From: an uncultured Candidatus Saccharibacteria bacterium
GTDB taxonomy: Bacteria; Patescibacteriota; Minisyncoccia; Phycocordibacterales; UBA918
DNA: 64,000 nucleotides
Direction: 5' to 3'
NCBI GenBank assembly: GCA_964502345.1
Contig: CAZCWH010000001.1
Span: forward strand, 167-64,166
Shown here: positions 9,397 to 20,335 of the stretch, in pieces
Layout: every line of letters begins with the position of its first letter
Position numbering within the stretch: position 1 is the first letter of the stretch
Position numbers and translations under genes: made by a program
The notes under the pieces: generated by a model
Databases searched by the model: none
Told to the model about the DNA's origin: nothing
What the model saw: the letters and a program-made list of their open reading frames with translations, nothing else

Positions 9397-9954
9397 CTAT
9401 TCTTGTGGCACTATTCCACTCACATAGTCTTTGAGTTCTTCGCTCGTGAGTGAGCCTCTTTTATGAAATACGAGATTCCCAATTTCATCATAGAAAAGCG
9501 TCTCTGGCATAGCATACCCTTCAATGGTACTAAAAAGGTGATCGTCTTGATCAATGAGGTACTCAATACCCTCTTCTCTACCAATCGTGTTTAGATATGC
9601 AAGCGCAGTTTCCTTGGTCTCCATTCGATTCATTGCGACAACCGAAATCTTATCGCCATATTCTTTTTTAATTTCACCGAGCGCTTTTAGATCACCCTGA
9701 GAAAAAGGACTCCACGAAGCCCACATGTTGATGATAAGTGGCTTACCTTGGAAGTCAGCAATATTGACCGCATTTCCGCTTAAATTAGTGTATGGCAGTG
9801 TTTCATCATGAACAATACTCACAATGTCAGCATTCCTTTTGGCAAAATATCCATTTGGTGACTTAAGCTCATAGATAACAAAGATACCAATGAGTACGAT
9901 AACACCAAGAATCGTGAGTGTTATTAAGGTTGCTTTCGCCGGATGCTTCATCAC
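9397..9954 (-). CDS. TlpA/ResA-like thioredoxin-fold membrane protein lacking the CXXC cysteines
   Basis: GKPLIINMWASWSPFS (the family has WxxWCxxC), YAMPETLFYD, HKRGSLT; N-terminal TM. Confidence 0.85.
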   Translation of the reverse strand: MMKHPAKATLITLTILGVIVLIGIFVIYELKSPNGYFAKRNADIVSIVHDETLPYTNLSGNAVNIADFQGKPLIINMWASWSPFSQGDLKALGEIKKEYGDKISVVAMNRMETKETALAYLNTIGREEGIEYLIDQDDHLFSTIEGYAMPETLFYDEIGNLVFHKRGSLTSEELKDYVSGIVPQE

Positions 9955-10009
9955 TTAATTCTAATACACTCGGGTGGATTTAGGGCGGTCATCTACTTGA
10001 TAACAGTTG

Positions 10010-10489
10010 TTACCCTTTAATAAACAACTCAAAATCATCTGGAGTCTCATCACTACCTGCTGGAATTAAATTAAGCTCAACAGGTCTTCCTTCAAAGGTT
10101 GCTCGCATACTCGCGCCCTGACTTGCTTGAAATTCTACTTTGAATCGTTGATTCGTCACTACTTGGGCACAGGAATCAGATGTATTAATTACATCAAAGT
10201 TAATAGCAACTTGTTCGGGCATAGACTCAGCTACCACACTGTCCCAATTGAGCAAATCACACGCAGTTGGCATAGCAACTTCTCCAACAAGTGTATGTGT
10301 ACCATCTATAAAGAAGTGTTTTGCATCAATTCTCGTAATAGAGTCATATGGACCTGCTACGGGTTCCTCGACAACTGGAGTCACCCCAGTATTCTCAATC
10401 TCAGACTTCTTCAGGTACGCAAACACAAACATACCAATAATAATGAGTATAAAGAGTACAATGGCAACTATAATTCCATTATTTTTCAT
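10010..10489 (-). CDS. Hypothetical membrane-anchored protein with a Cys pair
   Basis: N-terminal TM; PTACD...SCAQV. Confidence 0.8.
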   Translation of the reverse strand: MKNNGIIVAIVLFILIIIGMFVFAYLKKSEIENTGVTPVVEEPVAGPYDSITRIDAKHFFIDGTHTLVGEVAMPTACDLLNWDSVVAESMPEQVAINFDVINTSDSCAQVVTNQRFKVEFQASQGASMRATFEGRPVELNLIPAGSDETPDDFELFIKG

Positions 10490-10551
10490 AGAGGATAGAG
10501 CTAAGCTACTAATGTATACCTAGTATATCACTTATAACTTCAAGCGATATA

Positions 10552-11904
10552 TTACTCTGACGTCGGTGATGGGATGACAGGCTGAGTCTCAAAGTTAGCT
10601 TTAACCTCATCATCAGAAAGTTTTCGTTCCCCATCACCTTCTTTGATCGTTATTTCATAATCTCGTTCTGGTTGAGACGCATCAGAAATATAGAGAACGG
10701 CCCCGACAAACCCGACAATAAGGAGTGCAACTGAAATGAAAAACATTTTATAGTGCACAATGAATGTCCAAATTGTACTGAGCACATCAAGAAATTCAGT
10801 TACTCTACTCAAGCGTCCCCGAAGATCCGCAGCACCACTACGGATCGGGGCTGATACTGCTCGATATGATACAAGCCGGGCAGGCTGCTTTTTAATTTCA
10901 AGTGTTTCCTCTCTCTCATTATTTGATTCTTCTGGGTGTACACCTGCAAGAGCAAGCATTCTGCGAATATACAATTTGATCATCCATGTCACCAATAAGA
11001 TAAATGCAATTACAATTGAAAGGGTTATGAGCGTTGCTTTTACAGGAATAACCCAGAAATACGTAACCGCATCAGTACTTTTAACCCCGTTTTCTCCATA
11101 CGCAAGTGTTACTATCGCCTTGTACCGCCCAATTTCAGTAACTGAGCCCTCTCCCTTCCAGGTAAACCTGAAGTCTCTAATACTTTTTGGTAACACGTTA
11201 CCAAAATGCGATTGGTTATTAATTGGTATGAGGCCTCGCTCAGTTCCCCACATATTGGTGATTACAATATGACCACGTGGCTGTAAATGCACATTGCCCT
11301 TATTTTCAAATCTAAGTGAGAACTCTGCTTCAGGTGTATCTACAATACTGTCGAGCACTCTAAACTCTCGAACTGAACCTAGCTCAGTAACATCTCCTTC
11401 AATACGTACAAAGAAGAGCGAAGTTATAGTTTGTGATGTGAGTAATTGAAGTTTTGCCTCAGAGTTTTTTGGTGGCTGTGTACCAACGAGTATTGCTGCG
11501 AAATGCCCACCAGGGGGTGCATCTTTTGGAATTTCGACAAAAAATGAAAGTTCTCTGCTTTGCTCGGGTGGTATGACATACGGCCCATTTGCAATCTCTA
11601 TCCACTCTGCAAGTGTGTTTCTACTTTCATCCTCGTCTTCTAGAACTGGAATAAATTTTCCTTGTCCCGATTCCCCTGAAGCTGCAAAATTTACAACTTC
11701 TGCATAAACGGTAATTTCGTATGGATTTCCATTCACAACCTTAACTGAGCTTTGCCAGATATCACCTCTTTCAACTGATAGTTGAAAGAGTGGTGGTGTC
11801 ACCGTGAGCACCTGTGCGTTTGATTGAGCATGTACTGAAAATGGTAGTGCAAGAAAAATGCTAAAGATAAAAACTATACTGTTTGTTACAACTCTTTGAC
11901 TCAT
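10552..11904 (-). CDS. DUF916/WxL-interacting-like (PapD-like Ig) membrane-anchored protein
   Basis: Signal peptide; LTVTPPLFQL, LAEWI, FVEIPKDAPPGGHFAAI; second Ig domain with FENKGNVHLQPRG and GRYKAIVTLAYG; TM after YFWVIP. Confidence 0.75.
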   Translation of the reverse strand: MSQRVVTNSIVFIFSIFLALPFSVHAQSNAQVLTVTPPLFQLSVERGDIWQSSVKVVNGNPYEITVYAEVVNFAASGESGQGKFIPVLEDEDESRNTLAEWIEIANGPYVIPPEQSRELSFFVEIPKDAPPGGHFAAILVGTQPPKNSEAKLQLLTSQTITSLFFVRIEGDVTELGSVREFRVLDSIVDTPEAEFSLRFENKGNVHLQPRGHIVITNMWGTERGLIPINNQSHFGNVLPKSIRDFRFTWKGEGSVTEIGRYKAIVTLAYGENGVKSTDAVTYFWVIPVKATLITLSIVIAFILLVTWMIKLYIRRMLALAGVHPEESNNEREETLEIKKQPARLVSYRAVSAPIRSGAADLRGRLSRVTEFLDVLSTIWTFIVHYKMFFISVALLIVGFVGAVLYISDASQPERDYEITIKEGDGERKLSDDEVKANFETQPVIPSPTSE

Positions 11905-12914
11905 TGTTTTGTAAGATCTATGTCGTGATGGCGGGGGTCTGAACGAGATTCACGTATGCGAAGTGGAATCGGATCAGAATCATCCTGTATATCGTCGTCA
12001 AGATATTTTTTATGCACAAAGAAAGCAAGTACGACTACAAGAAGTGCAAGCGCTGCAAAAATACTCAGAAGCATTTTGAGCGGTATCACATAAAAAAATG
12101 AAGTGTCCTGGACAGAAGCTCGCTCAGTATTTCCATATTCAATATTGAGAAATGCTTTATATTTGCCAAAAAGTCCATCGACAGGTACCTCTACCGCAAA
12201 CTCCTTCTCCTCGCCTGCATTGATTGTCTGATTATCAGTGTTTACTGGAAGTGAAGCAACTTCAACCCCTTTGCTGTCATAGAAGATGATTTCGCCTTTG
12301 GGTGTAAGTGATTCATCTCCTGGATTTTTGATTGTGTACACTGCTGCCTGATTGCCCGCTCCCGTAATAAATCTATCAATTATAAACTTGCCTAGTTTTA
12401 GAAATTCAACCTTATTGTCTGCTATTGTTGCATTAATAATACTTCCAGGAGCATCACCACGCTTTACCTGCTCTGCTGCTTCATCTCTGTTTCTTCCATA
12501 CCCAAATCCTAAAAACGCATGGTATTCGCCAGGGACTGGACTCGGATGAACTCTGAATGTGACTTCTAAGGTTTTTGTCGCACCAATCATAAGATTAATC
12601 CCTTGCCTGCTGAACTCCATCCAGGAAGAGAGGGACGCGGAACGATCACTCTCAATTGGAGAATGATACTCTTCAATCATTCCCCCTTCATTGACAGAGA
12701 TGTTATTGATGCTCGGGTAGATGGTGACCGGAGAATCACCCGTGTTTGTAATGGTTATGATCTTAGTTACAATGTCGCGTGCTTCTAGATCTAAATCAAT
12801 GACTAGTGGAGAAACAAGGTAAGACGGAGCCGCGAAGCTGACCAAAGGAAATAGCAGTGAAAGACAAAAAAGTGTTATCGGAATCCTTGTTACCATACGC
12901 ACAGATAGTATCAT
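11901..12914 (-). CDS. DUF916/WxL-interacting-like (PapD-like Ig) membrane-anchored protein
   Basis: YLVSPLVIDL, LSSWM, PVPGEYHAF, IKNPGDESLTPKG, GKYKAFLNIEYG, FYVIP plus TM. Start moved to ATG 12914, just after the upstream stop. Confidence 0.75.
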   Translation of the reverse strand: MILSVRMVTRIPITLFCLSLLFPLVSFAAPSYLVSPLVIDLDLEARDIVTKIITITNTGDSPVTIYPSINNISVNEGGMIEEYHSPIESDRSASLSSWMEFSRQGINLMIGATKTLEVTFRVHPSPVPGEYHAFLGFGYGRNRDEAAEQVKRGDAPGSIINATIADNKVEFLKLGKFIIDRFITGAGNQAAVYTIKNPGDESLTPKGEIIFYDSKGVEVASLPVNTDNQTINAGEEKEFAVEVPVDGLFGKYKAFLNIEYGNTERASVQDTSFFYVIPLKMLLSIFAALALLVVVLAFFVHKKYLDDDIQDDSDPIPLRIRESRSDPRHHDIDLTKQ

Positions 12915-12915
12915 A

Positions 12916-15900
12916 CTAAAAAATTGGTACCGCAATATACCTTATACTTGTGCCATATACACCAGCTGGCTGGGACTGACGGACCTTGAGTTTAAAGACG
13001 ATATCGGTTATTTCATTTGTCACGGGGACTGAACTATATGCCACCTCATCGAGAGTTGTGGTACTCATACGAGCGTACGTATCAATGGCAGAAAATCGTG
13101 CATTGCTGTTATATAGTGTGTCATCACCCGAATGGTAACCAGCACAACCAGTAGCCTCAGTGGAGCAACCTGTACTCCAATCTATTGGACTTGCATTTGT
13201 TCCTGTAATAGGTGGAATAATTGCTTCACTTCCACTCATGAAGTCATCTGTTGCTATCATAAAAATTCGATATCCTTCGGTAGCATTTGTAGTAACTCGC
13301 AACCGTTGAACTGCCTCTACATCTGAACCAATCGGAAGTATGCCAAATGGGATTGTTGTTGTACCAGAAGCAACGTCTGTCGTAATACCCTCAGTCGCAG
13401 TCGACGACGCAACGCCACCAACTGAAAATACGAGTGATGCTCCTTCAGTTACAAGTGACGGATACTGTTCACTATTGTTAGTAGACACGGGGACTCCCTG
13501 CACTACATCGTAAAGTCTAAAGTAGTACACAAGGTTTACGCGAGGACCTGCAGATTGAATGGTAAATTCGTATTCTGTAGCATCACCACCTTCATGCCGA
13601 AAACCACTCAACGCTTGAGGGGATTCATTATGCGTTCCACAACCGTTCCCAACACCCGCGACGCAACTGTCTGCATCAGAAAGTGTTCCGGTCGTTATTT
13701 CACTGTTATCGGTACCACCTCCATCTGCATAGCACCAGGTTGAAGTTGCTGTACACGTACTTGTTGCGACCACATCTGCAACAGTTTCGAAATTTGCATA
13801 CTCTGAGTACTGCAGTTTAAAACGCACATCATCACGTGATATATTTTTTACCTCTTTCACTACAACTCGGAGCTTGACCGCTTGACCATTTGCAATATCT
13901 ATTGGTGCAACATTTTCTATTGCAAGTGGTGTAACGGGTGTTTCATTATTTTCATCGTCGTACCAGCGCCAATTTTGCGTTTTGGGAGTAAAACTTGCAG
14001 TTCTAATTTTTGGATGTTGGTAATAATTTCCTAATAGTTCCCCATTTGTTTCAACCATTCGGAAACAGTAGTATGTTTCTGCATTTGCACCATTTTGTTC
14101 AACAATCCAATCATACTCAATGGTCTCATTCACCTGCACTGCATGCGCATTAGCATCAGTATCATTTTCTTCCTCAAGCGTACCAGCTACATCCGAAATG
14201 GAAGGAAGTACGAGATCGCCGAGCGTAGGAGGGTCTCCGGAAAGAAGCGTACCATCAGTTGTTCCTGTGGCATTAAAACCCCTCCAGATTGTACTTGAAG
14301 CAGCGTTCCCAAGTGTGTTCCAGTTTGCTTCACTAATTGCACTACATGTTGAGACCATTGGAGCATACTGGAGCTTAAATGCCTTAGTGCCAGCTGGCCA
14401 TGTGGCATTGAGTGCCTGAAGAGACATGCGAATACGAATCCGTTCTCCTTCACCTAGTGGTTCATCAGTAGCAGTTAAGGTTGTGTCTTCACCAAGATCT
14501 TGACCCCCGACAGGCCACGGGTCTGTTGGCTTGAGTGCATTGTTATCAACAAACAATTGATAATGGAGTTGCTCGAGTGCAAGCCCTGCAGTTGGCCATT
14601 CAACAATCTCCGCACGATACGTAAGCACTGAACCAGTATTACTGCGCCAGATTTCAAATGCAGTAGATGAAGCAATTGTTATACCTGCTATCGCTCGCGG
14701 GAAAATCGTAGTAGTGAGTGACGAACGAGCATTTGCAAATATTGATGCGTTTGTAAGGTCAGTCAGAACCTTTCCATTCGGAAGCGTGACGCTTACCGTA
14801 AGCGGAGCTGTGCCACCGGTCGTAAAACCATTTGACTGAGTGACTTCCATAGCTCCAGCTGCAGTTTGTGTATTTTCAATGATCCATGCGACTGAAGTCT
14901 GTCCAGACGGGGTTGTCGCACCAGCTTGAAGAAAGTACGACACAGAGCCAACACTAGAAAGCCACACCTCAGCACCAAATTCATCTGTTCCATTGAGTAG
15001 TCGATTATTTCTTTTCTGTGTATGTATAAACGTACGAGTTAGATTACCGAGGGCTGTAATTGCCTCAGTTTCAGTAACACCAGCTGCACTGTAGGTGTGT
15101 TCACTTCGTTGAACAACCCAATTCGGACCTTTAAATTCAACTACGGCATAACTTACCCGTACTGCATCCGTGCCGGTTGCTCCTCGCCAGAAATATGGTG
15201 TATCGTTATTTGCATCCCATGCTGAAGTACTCGGTAATGCATCATAGTTTGCCGAACCAGTATCAGGGCTTTGTTGCCCCGTAATAAATACAACTACATC
15301 ATCATCGTTTGTGATACCAGAAACTATACTGCCCGTAGCACTCGTAGAAGCTACTCCATACGCAATAAATGTTTGATCATGCACTATCATTTCATTATCG
15401 GAACCAGGCTCTCCAATAAATTCAATAATTTCCCAATCAACTCGTGTCGATGTTGCGACTCCTGTTCGTGCAATGGTCACTGAAGTCATGATATTTGAAG
15501 GGTTGAGTATATACGCTGTTGTGTTTGTTGCGTTTTGGGCTGCGGTATTCCCCGAAGCGTGACCAGCACCAGTAATACCGATATTTGTGATACGAATAAA
15601 TGCACTCGTTGAAGCGTTTGGTGTTATGTAGTGCACTCCAGCGACAAGTGTTGTTGAGGTAGCTCCCATGAGTATGGTTGCAGAGTTACGCTGGATTTCA
15701 AAATCTCGCTCAGGAGATGTGGTGAGCTCTGCATATTTTGAATACGCGTTAAGCTCAACACTCGAAGCAGCAAGCCTAAAACAATAGGTTATATCATTAC
15801 CCGCATCGACTGTTTGCTCAATACTAAACTCTGCTTCGAGGTACTCCGAACTCGTAATTGATGTAGTTGCAATGATTGATGATGTGTCCTTTATTGCACT

Positions 15901-18900
15901 GTTTGGTGAGAGGAAACTAGAGTTTTCATTTGATACCCCGCCCCCCAGTATAGAAATGTCTGTACTGTCATCACCATCCGTTAAATTAATCGAATCGTAC
16001 ATCTCCCAGGCGCCGCCAGTCGCACCCACATCAGTCCATGATGTTACAGCGCTACAGGTTGTGATTTTTGCTCCATACTCTAATCGTAATGCTCTGGCTA
16101 ATGAAGTAACAGTACCTTCGTTTGAAACTTGTAACCTCAAACGTACGGGAGTTGTCTGTGCAACATTTGAAATTGCCGTATCTTCCGCGTCACCCGAGAG
16201 CGAAGTTGCTGTTGTCTCATCTCCATTATCACTTCTCCAGTGGTAGTGGGTCTGTGTAAGGACTGCTCCTAAAAGTGTCGTTGACCCATTCATATCACGA
16301 GTAATTGAAGGACTTACTGAGCCTCCTCCAGAGACAATTAAATTTGATGATGGGCTTTCCATGATGATATCGATAGTTTCATCATTTTGTGCAGTGTCAG
16401 TCGTATCAAGTACGGTGTACAAACACATGGTCGACGTCGTCGAAATCGAGACTGACCCTGTAAATGTTGAGGTCCCATTGGGTCCTGAAAATCCATCAGT
16501 ATCTGTTGAACCAAACTGGGCTTCCCCTCCCGTATAACTATCACTTGCACAATCATAGGGAGCAGTGGTATCCAAATCATAATGAAGTTCTATATTGTCT
16601 AGATCGGTTTGTGCATCAACAGTCCCATTTTCTGAAATAGTAATGCTGGTAACATTGCGAGTGCTGACATTCTCAGTAATGACAAAAGCGCTCCCCACAT
16701 AGAAATCTGTTGCTGGTATTGTTGTCGTTGCTGTCTGACTTGTGGTTGCAATGGTCACGAGGACATCTGAAGAAATATTTGCACGCGGTATAACTGAATA
16801 CGCTGAGAGCGCTTGTCCTTGATTGGTAACTCTAAAACAGTATGTATTCCCTTCTACCGCGGTTGTTGAAGCTACTATTGAATACTCTAATTCAACAAAC
16901 TCTGATGATGACAGAGTAATTTGGCCGGTTTGAGATACAGTATCTTTTACACCACCATTTGGAGTAAGGAAGGTAGCATTTTCATCTGTCACAGCACCAT
17001 TGATTCCTGATGCTATATTTGTAGTATCTGCACCATCAGTTAAATTTAGTGTGTCGACCATATCAAAATCACCTCCTGCTGAACCAATGTCAGTCCATCC
17101 TGTTGCTGCTTCGCACGTGCTTGGATTTGGCGCATACTCCAAACGATACTGCATTGCTGGAGTTGAACTACTGCCCTCATTTGATACCTCTACACGGAGA
17201 CGTGTGGTTGATCCTTGTCGCATCGCAGTCAGTGAGGTGTCCTCAACTCCGCTCGTCTTTGAAGTGGCAGTCGTTTCATTTCCATCATCATTGCGCCAAT
17301 GATAGTGAACGAGAGTAGGAGTATCGTTATACACCAATGTTGTTCCAGAAAGATCTTGTGAAGCACTTGGCCCGGCACTACTACTCGTAACGGTCACATC
17401 GCTCGCTGGATTTGCAATAGAAATTTCAATTGTTGAACTACTGTCCGCTGAATCAAGCACGTCCATGACGGGATATACACAAAGTGCTTCAGTCGCATCT
17501 ACATTAACAGTCGAACCAGTAAACCCTGATGTACCATCTGCGCCAGAAAAACCATTACCATCCGTTGAACCAAACTGACTTTCACTTCCTCCATACGTGA
17601 CACTTGCACAATCGTATGGCGACACTGTATCGAGCTCATAAAACAACTTTACGTTAGCAATATCTGCCGAACCATCGATTGTTCCAGATTCAGTAATGGT
17701 AATTCCAGTAATATCATATGCTTGCGTTTCATCAGTATTGTAAAGACTAAACACACTACCGACATAGACATTACTCGTGCTTGCGTAGAGTGACGCAATT
17801 TGAGACCCAGTAGTTGCAATTGCAGTGCTTGGTAAATTTGCGAGTGTAGCACCATAGATATCATCGTCTGTATTATCAAACCATGTAACATACAAACGTT
17901 CACTATTGACGAATCCTACATCAACTCCATAGATATCATCTGGACTAGTATTTACTGGACCTTGTTCATATTCCCATGTAGTCATCCCATCAGTTGATCG
18001 TTTCCATAGTACATTCGCTGTGTTGGCTGTGTTTGCTGTGGCCTGTGCGCTATACGCTACATAGACGTCGTCATTGCTTGTATCCAGTGCAATGGCAACA
18101 TTTGTAAGACCAAGTACGACAGATGCACTCACATTAGTTTTTGGAGTCCACGTACCCGCGGAATAGACTGCTGTACGTAGCACGTCGTTCCCTGGTGTAG
18201 CATTATCTGCAATGTACGCGAGATATACATCTCCAGTCGTTGGACTCACAGTAACAGCCATACCTACGTCATATGTCGCATTATCGATTGCGTTTGAATC
18301 AATAGTCGTAGACGCCGCATCCCACGAGCCAGCTCCATTATTCCAAACTTTACTTTCAATATTTTCTGCAGCGGCGCCGACATCGCGATGAATTGCAATA
18401 ATGTTGCCCCCTGGAAGTGGGGCGAGTATTGCATAGTTGTTAGTGAGCCCAAAGGGGTTAGTTCCTGTTTCTGACCAACTTCCCGCAAGATTACAACTCG
18501 CAGAACATTCAACTACAAATGAATCAGATGCATCAATACTGCTTGCATAGATCGTCCCATCAGTTCCCTTCGTTATTGAAATCTGGTTGGTACCTACAGT
18601 AATCGTGCCTCCTTGAGCGTTTGTCGTACTTACCGGTGCACTACCCATAAGCAGTGTGTCGCTCGTCGTATCAAGCCGGTTGTACCAAACATCATCAGGG
18701 TTAGTATCGAGTGTCGCTATATGAATGTAATCTCCTGTATCTCCGGGCGTCCACTGGTCATACCATACTTGAATAGAGATACAGTCGACCTGAGCATCAA
18801 CCGTTGTGGTACCACTCCATGTCTGACCTCCATCAGTTGTTTTGCGGTACACACAGTATCCGGGTGCGTCAACAAAAAATTTGTACCCTGTCTGATCATC

Positions 18901-20331
18901 GGTAAAGACGGTTTGGGAGCCGGCTAACACATGTGATGTACCTGCGGTACTCACATTGCTATCTATTGTGTACTGGGTGTAGGAGTCATTACTATTGATT
19001 TCGTCAAAGGCAGTTGTGCGTACATGGATCCCTGGAAAAATATCAGCGAGAGTTTCTCCAAAAATATCATTATCTGTGTCATCAAACCACGTTGCATAAA
19101 TCCGTTCATCACTGACCAGATTTAAATTGATGCCGTACATATCATCAGCGCTCGTATTGAGTGGCCCCTGCTCATATCCCCAACTTGCCATGTCATCAGT
19201 CGACTTGCGCCAGTAAATATTTCCAGTCGCTAGTGTGAGAGGTGTTGTACGAGCACTATATGCTACGTACACATCGTCATTAGAGGCATCAAGTGCGATA
19301 GCAACATTCGTGATTCCTTTCTCACTATACCTCACAACCTCTTTTGTCGAGGTCCACGTACCACTCGAGTATCGTGCAGTGCGAATCTGATCGTCAGCTC
19401 CAAGGGTCGTATTACGTGCGATATATGCCAAATACACATCTCCTGTCGTCGGACTCACCGTAACAGCCATTCCAACATCATACGTAGTGTTATCTGTTGC
19501 ATTTGCATCTATGGTCGTCGATGCAGCGTCCCATGAGCCTGTGCCATTGTTCCAAACCTTACTCTCAATATTCTCTGCAACCGCAGCAACGTCACGATGA
19601 ATTGCTATGATGTCGCCACCTGGGAGAGGAGCGAGTATTGCATAGTTATTGGTAAGCCCAAATGGATTTGTACCGGTCTCAGACCAACTTCCTGCGACAT
19701 TACAACTTGAAGAACATTCAACAACAAATGAATCGGAGGCATCTATACTGCTTGCATAGATTGTTCCATCTGTTCCCTTCGTAATAGAAATTTGGTTTGC
19801 ACCTGCCGTAATGGTTCCACCCTGCCCCGTAGTCATACTAACTGGTGAGCTCCCCAAGAGGAGTGTATCCCCATTGGTATCAAGACGGTTATACCAAACA
19901 TCATCTGGGTTAGTATCGAGTGTAGCTATATGGATGTAAGTTCCAGTATCCCCTGGTGTCCACTGGTCGTACCAGACTTGCACTGAGATACAGTCAACCT
20001 GTGCATCGACTGTTGTTGTAGCGCTCCAGGTCTGCCCTCCATCCGTTGTTTTACGGTACACACAGTATCCTGGAGCATCAACAAAGAATTTGTATCCTGT
20101 TTGATCATCAATAAATACCGTTTGCGAACCCGACAGTATGTGCGACGTACCAACGGTACTTGCATCAGAATCAATAGTTGCCTGTGCAGCTTCAGCAGTA
20201 GGTACTATCCTCGTTAATAGTGCATCACCAAAACTGCTAAGCAAAAAAACGAGTATAAGAATAGACGCAACAGTCTTCTTCACTCGCAAGAGTTTTTTAA
20301 ATACAATACCTCCCATTGTCACCATTATCAC
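12916..20331 (-). CDS. Giant (about 2470 aa) secreted surface protein: duplicated Asp-box beta-propeller-like region, repeated YCFR modules, C-terminal WxL/pilin-like domain
   Basis: Signal peptide ending AEA; two copies of a ~380-aa region with YRKTTDGGQTWS; four WRND...YCFR-type modules; C-terminus ...IPFG...VTTNA.GY...PAGVYGTSIRYIAVPIF. Confidence 0.88.
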   Translation of the reverse strand: MIMVTMGGIVFKKLLRVKKTVASILILVFLLSSFGDALLTRIVPTAEAAQATIDSDASTVGTSHILSGSQTVFIDDQTGYKFFVDAPGYCVYRKTTDGGQTWSATTTVDAQVDCISVQVWYDQWTPGDTGTYIHIATLDTNPDDVWYNRLDTNGDTLLLGSSPVSMTTGQGGTITAGANQISITKGTDGTIYASSIDASDSFVVECSSSCNVAGSWSETGTNPFGLTNNYAILAPLPGGDIIAIHRDVAAVAENIESKVWNNGTGSWDAASTTIDANATDNTTYDVGMAVTVSPTTGDVYLAYIARNTTLGADDQIRTARYSSGTWTSTKEVVRYSEKGITNVAIALDASNDDVYVAYSARTTPLTLATGNIYWRKSTDDMASWGYEQGPLNTSADDMYGINLNLVSDERIYATWFDDTDNDIFGETLADIFPGIHVRTTAFDEINSNDSYTQYTIDSNVSTAGTSHVLAGSQTVFTDDQTGYKFFVDAPGYCVYRKTTDGGQTWSGTTTVDAQVDCISIQVWYDQWTPGDTGDYIHIATLDTNPDDVWYNRLDTTSDTLLMGSAPVSTTNAQGGTITVGTNQISITKGTDGTIYASSIDASDSFVVECSASCNLAGSWSETGTNPFGLTNNYAILAPLPGGNIIAIHRDVGAAAENIESKVWNNGAGSWDAASTTIDSNAIDNATYDVGMAVTVSPTTGDVYLAYIADNATPGNDVLRTAVYSAGTWTPKTNVSASVVLGLTNVAIALDTSNDDVYVAYSAQATANTANTANVLWKRSTDGMTTWEYEQGPVNTSPDDIYGVDVGFVNSERLYVTWFDNTDDDIYGATLANLPSTAIATTGSQIASLYASTSNVYVGSVFSLYNTDETQAYDITGITITESGTIDGSADIANVKLFYELDTVSPYDCASVTYGGSESQFGSTDGNGFSGADGTSGFTGSTVNVDATEALCVYPVMDVLDSADSSSTIEISIANPASDVTVTSSSAGPSASQDLSGTTLVYNDTPTLVHYHWRNDDGNETTATSKTSGVEDTSLTAMRQGSTTRLRVEVSNEGSSSTPAMQYRLEYAPNPSTCEAATGWTDIGSAGGDFDMVDTLNLTDGADTTNIASGINGAVTDENATFLTPNGGVKDTVSQTGQITLSSSEFVELEYSIVASTTAVEGNTYCFRVTNQGQALSAYSVIPRANISSDVLVTIATTSQTATTTIPATDFYVGSAFVITENVSTRNVTSITISENGTVDAQTDLDNIELHYDLDTTAPYDCASDSYTGGEAQFGSTDTDGFSGPNGTSTFTGSVSISTTSTMCLYTVLDTTDTAQNDETIDIIMESPSSNLIVSGGGSVSPSITRDMNGSTTLLGAVLTQTHYHWRSDNGDETTATSLSGDAEDTAISNVAQTTPVRLRLQVSNEGTVTSLARALRLEYGAKITTCSAVTSWTDVGATGGAWEMYDSINLTDGDDSTDISILGGGVSNENSSFLSPNSAIKDTSSIIATTSITSSEYLEAEFSIEQTVDAGNDITYCFRLAASSVELNAYSKYAELTTSPERDFEIQRNSATILMGATSTTLVAGVHYITPNASTSAFIRITNIGITGAGHASGNTAAQNATNTTAYILNPSNIMTSVTIARTGVATSTRVDWEIIEFIGEPGSDNEMIVHDQTFIAYGVASTSATGSIVSGITNDDDVVVFITGQQSPDTGSANYDALPSTSAWDANNDTPYFWRGATGTDAVRVSYAVVEFKGPNWVVQRSEHTYSAAGVTETEAITALGNLTRTFIHTQKRNNRLLNGTDEFGAEVWLSSVGSVSYFLQAGATTPSGQTSVAWIIENTQTAAGAMEVTQSNGFTTGGTAPLTVSVTLPNGKVLTDLTNASIFANARSSLTTTIFPRAIAGITIASSTAFEIWRSNTGSVLTYRAEIVEWPTAGLALEQLHYQLFVDNNALKPTDPWPVGGQDLGEDTTLTATDEPLGEGERIRIRMSLQALNATWPAGTKAFKLQYAPMVSTCSAISEANWNTLGNAASSTIWRGFNATGTTDGTLLSGDPPTLGDLVLPSISDVAGTLEEENDTDANAHAVQVNETIEYDWIVEQNGANAETYYCFRMVETNGELLGNYYQHPKIRTASFTPKTQNWRWYDDENNETPVTPLAIENVAPIDIANGQAVKLRVVVKEVKNISRDDVRFKLQYSEYANFETVADVVATSTCTATSTWCYADGGGTDNSEITTGTLSDADSCVAGVGNGCGTHNESPQALSGFRHEGGDATEYEFTIQSAGPRVNLVYYFRLYDVVQGVPVSTNNSEQYPSLVTEGASLVFSVGGVASSTATEGITTDVASGTTTIPFGILPIGSDVEAVQRLRVTTNATEGYRIFMIATDDFMSGSEAIIPPITGTNASPIDWSTGCSTEATGCAGYHSGDDTLYNSNARFSAIDTYARMSTTTLDEVAYSSVPVTNEITDIVFKLKVRQSQPAGVYGTSIRYIAVPIF

Positions 20332-20335
20332 CTAC

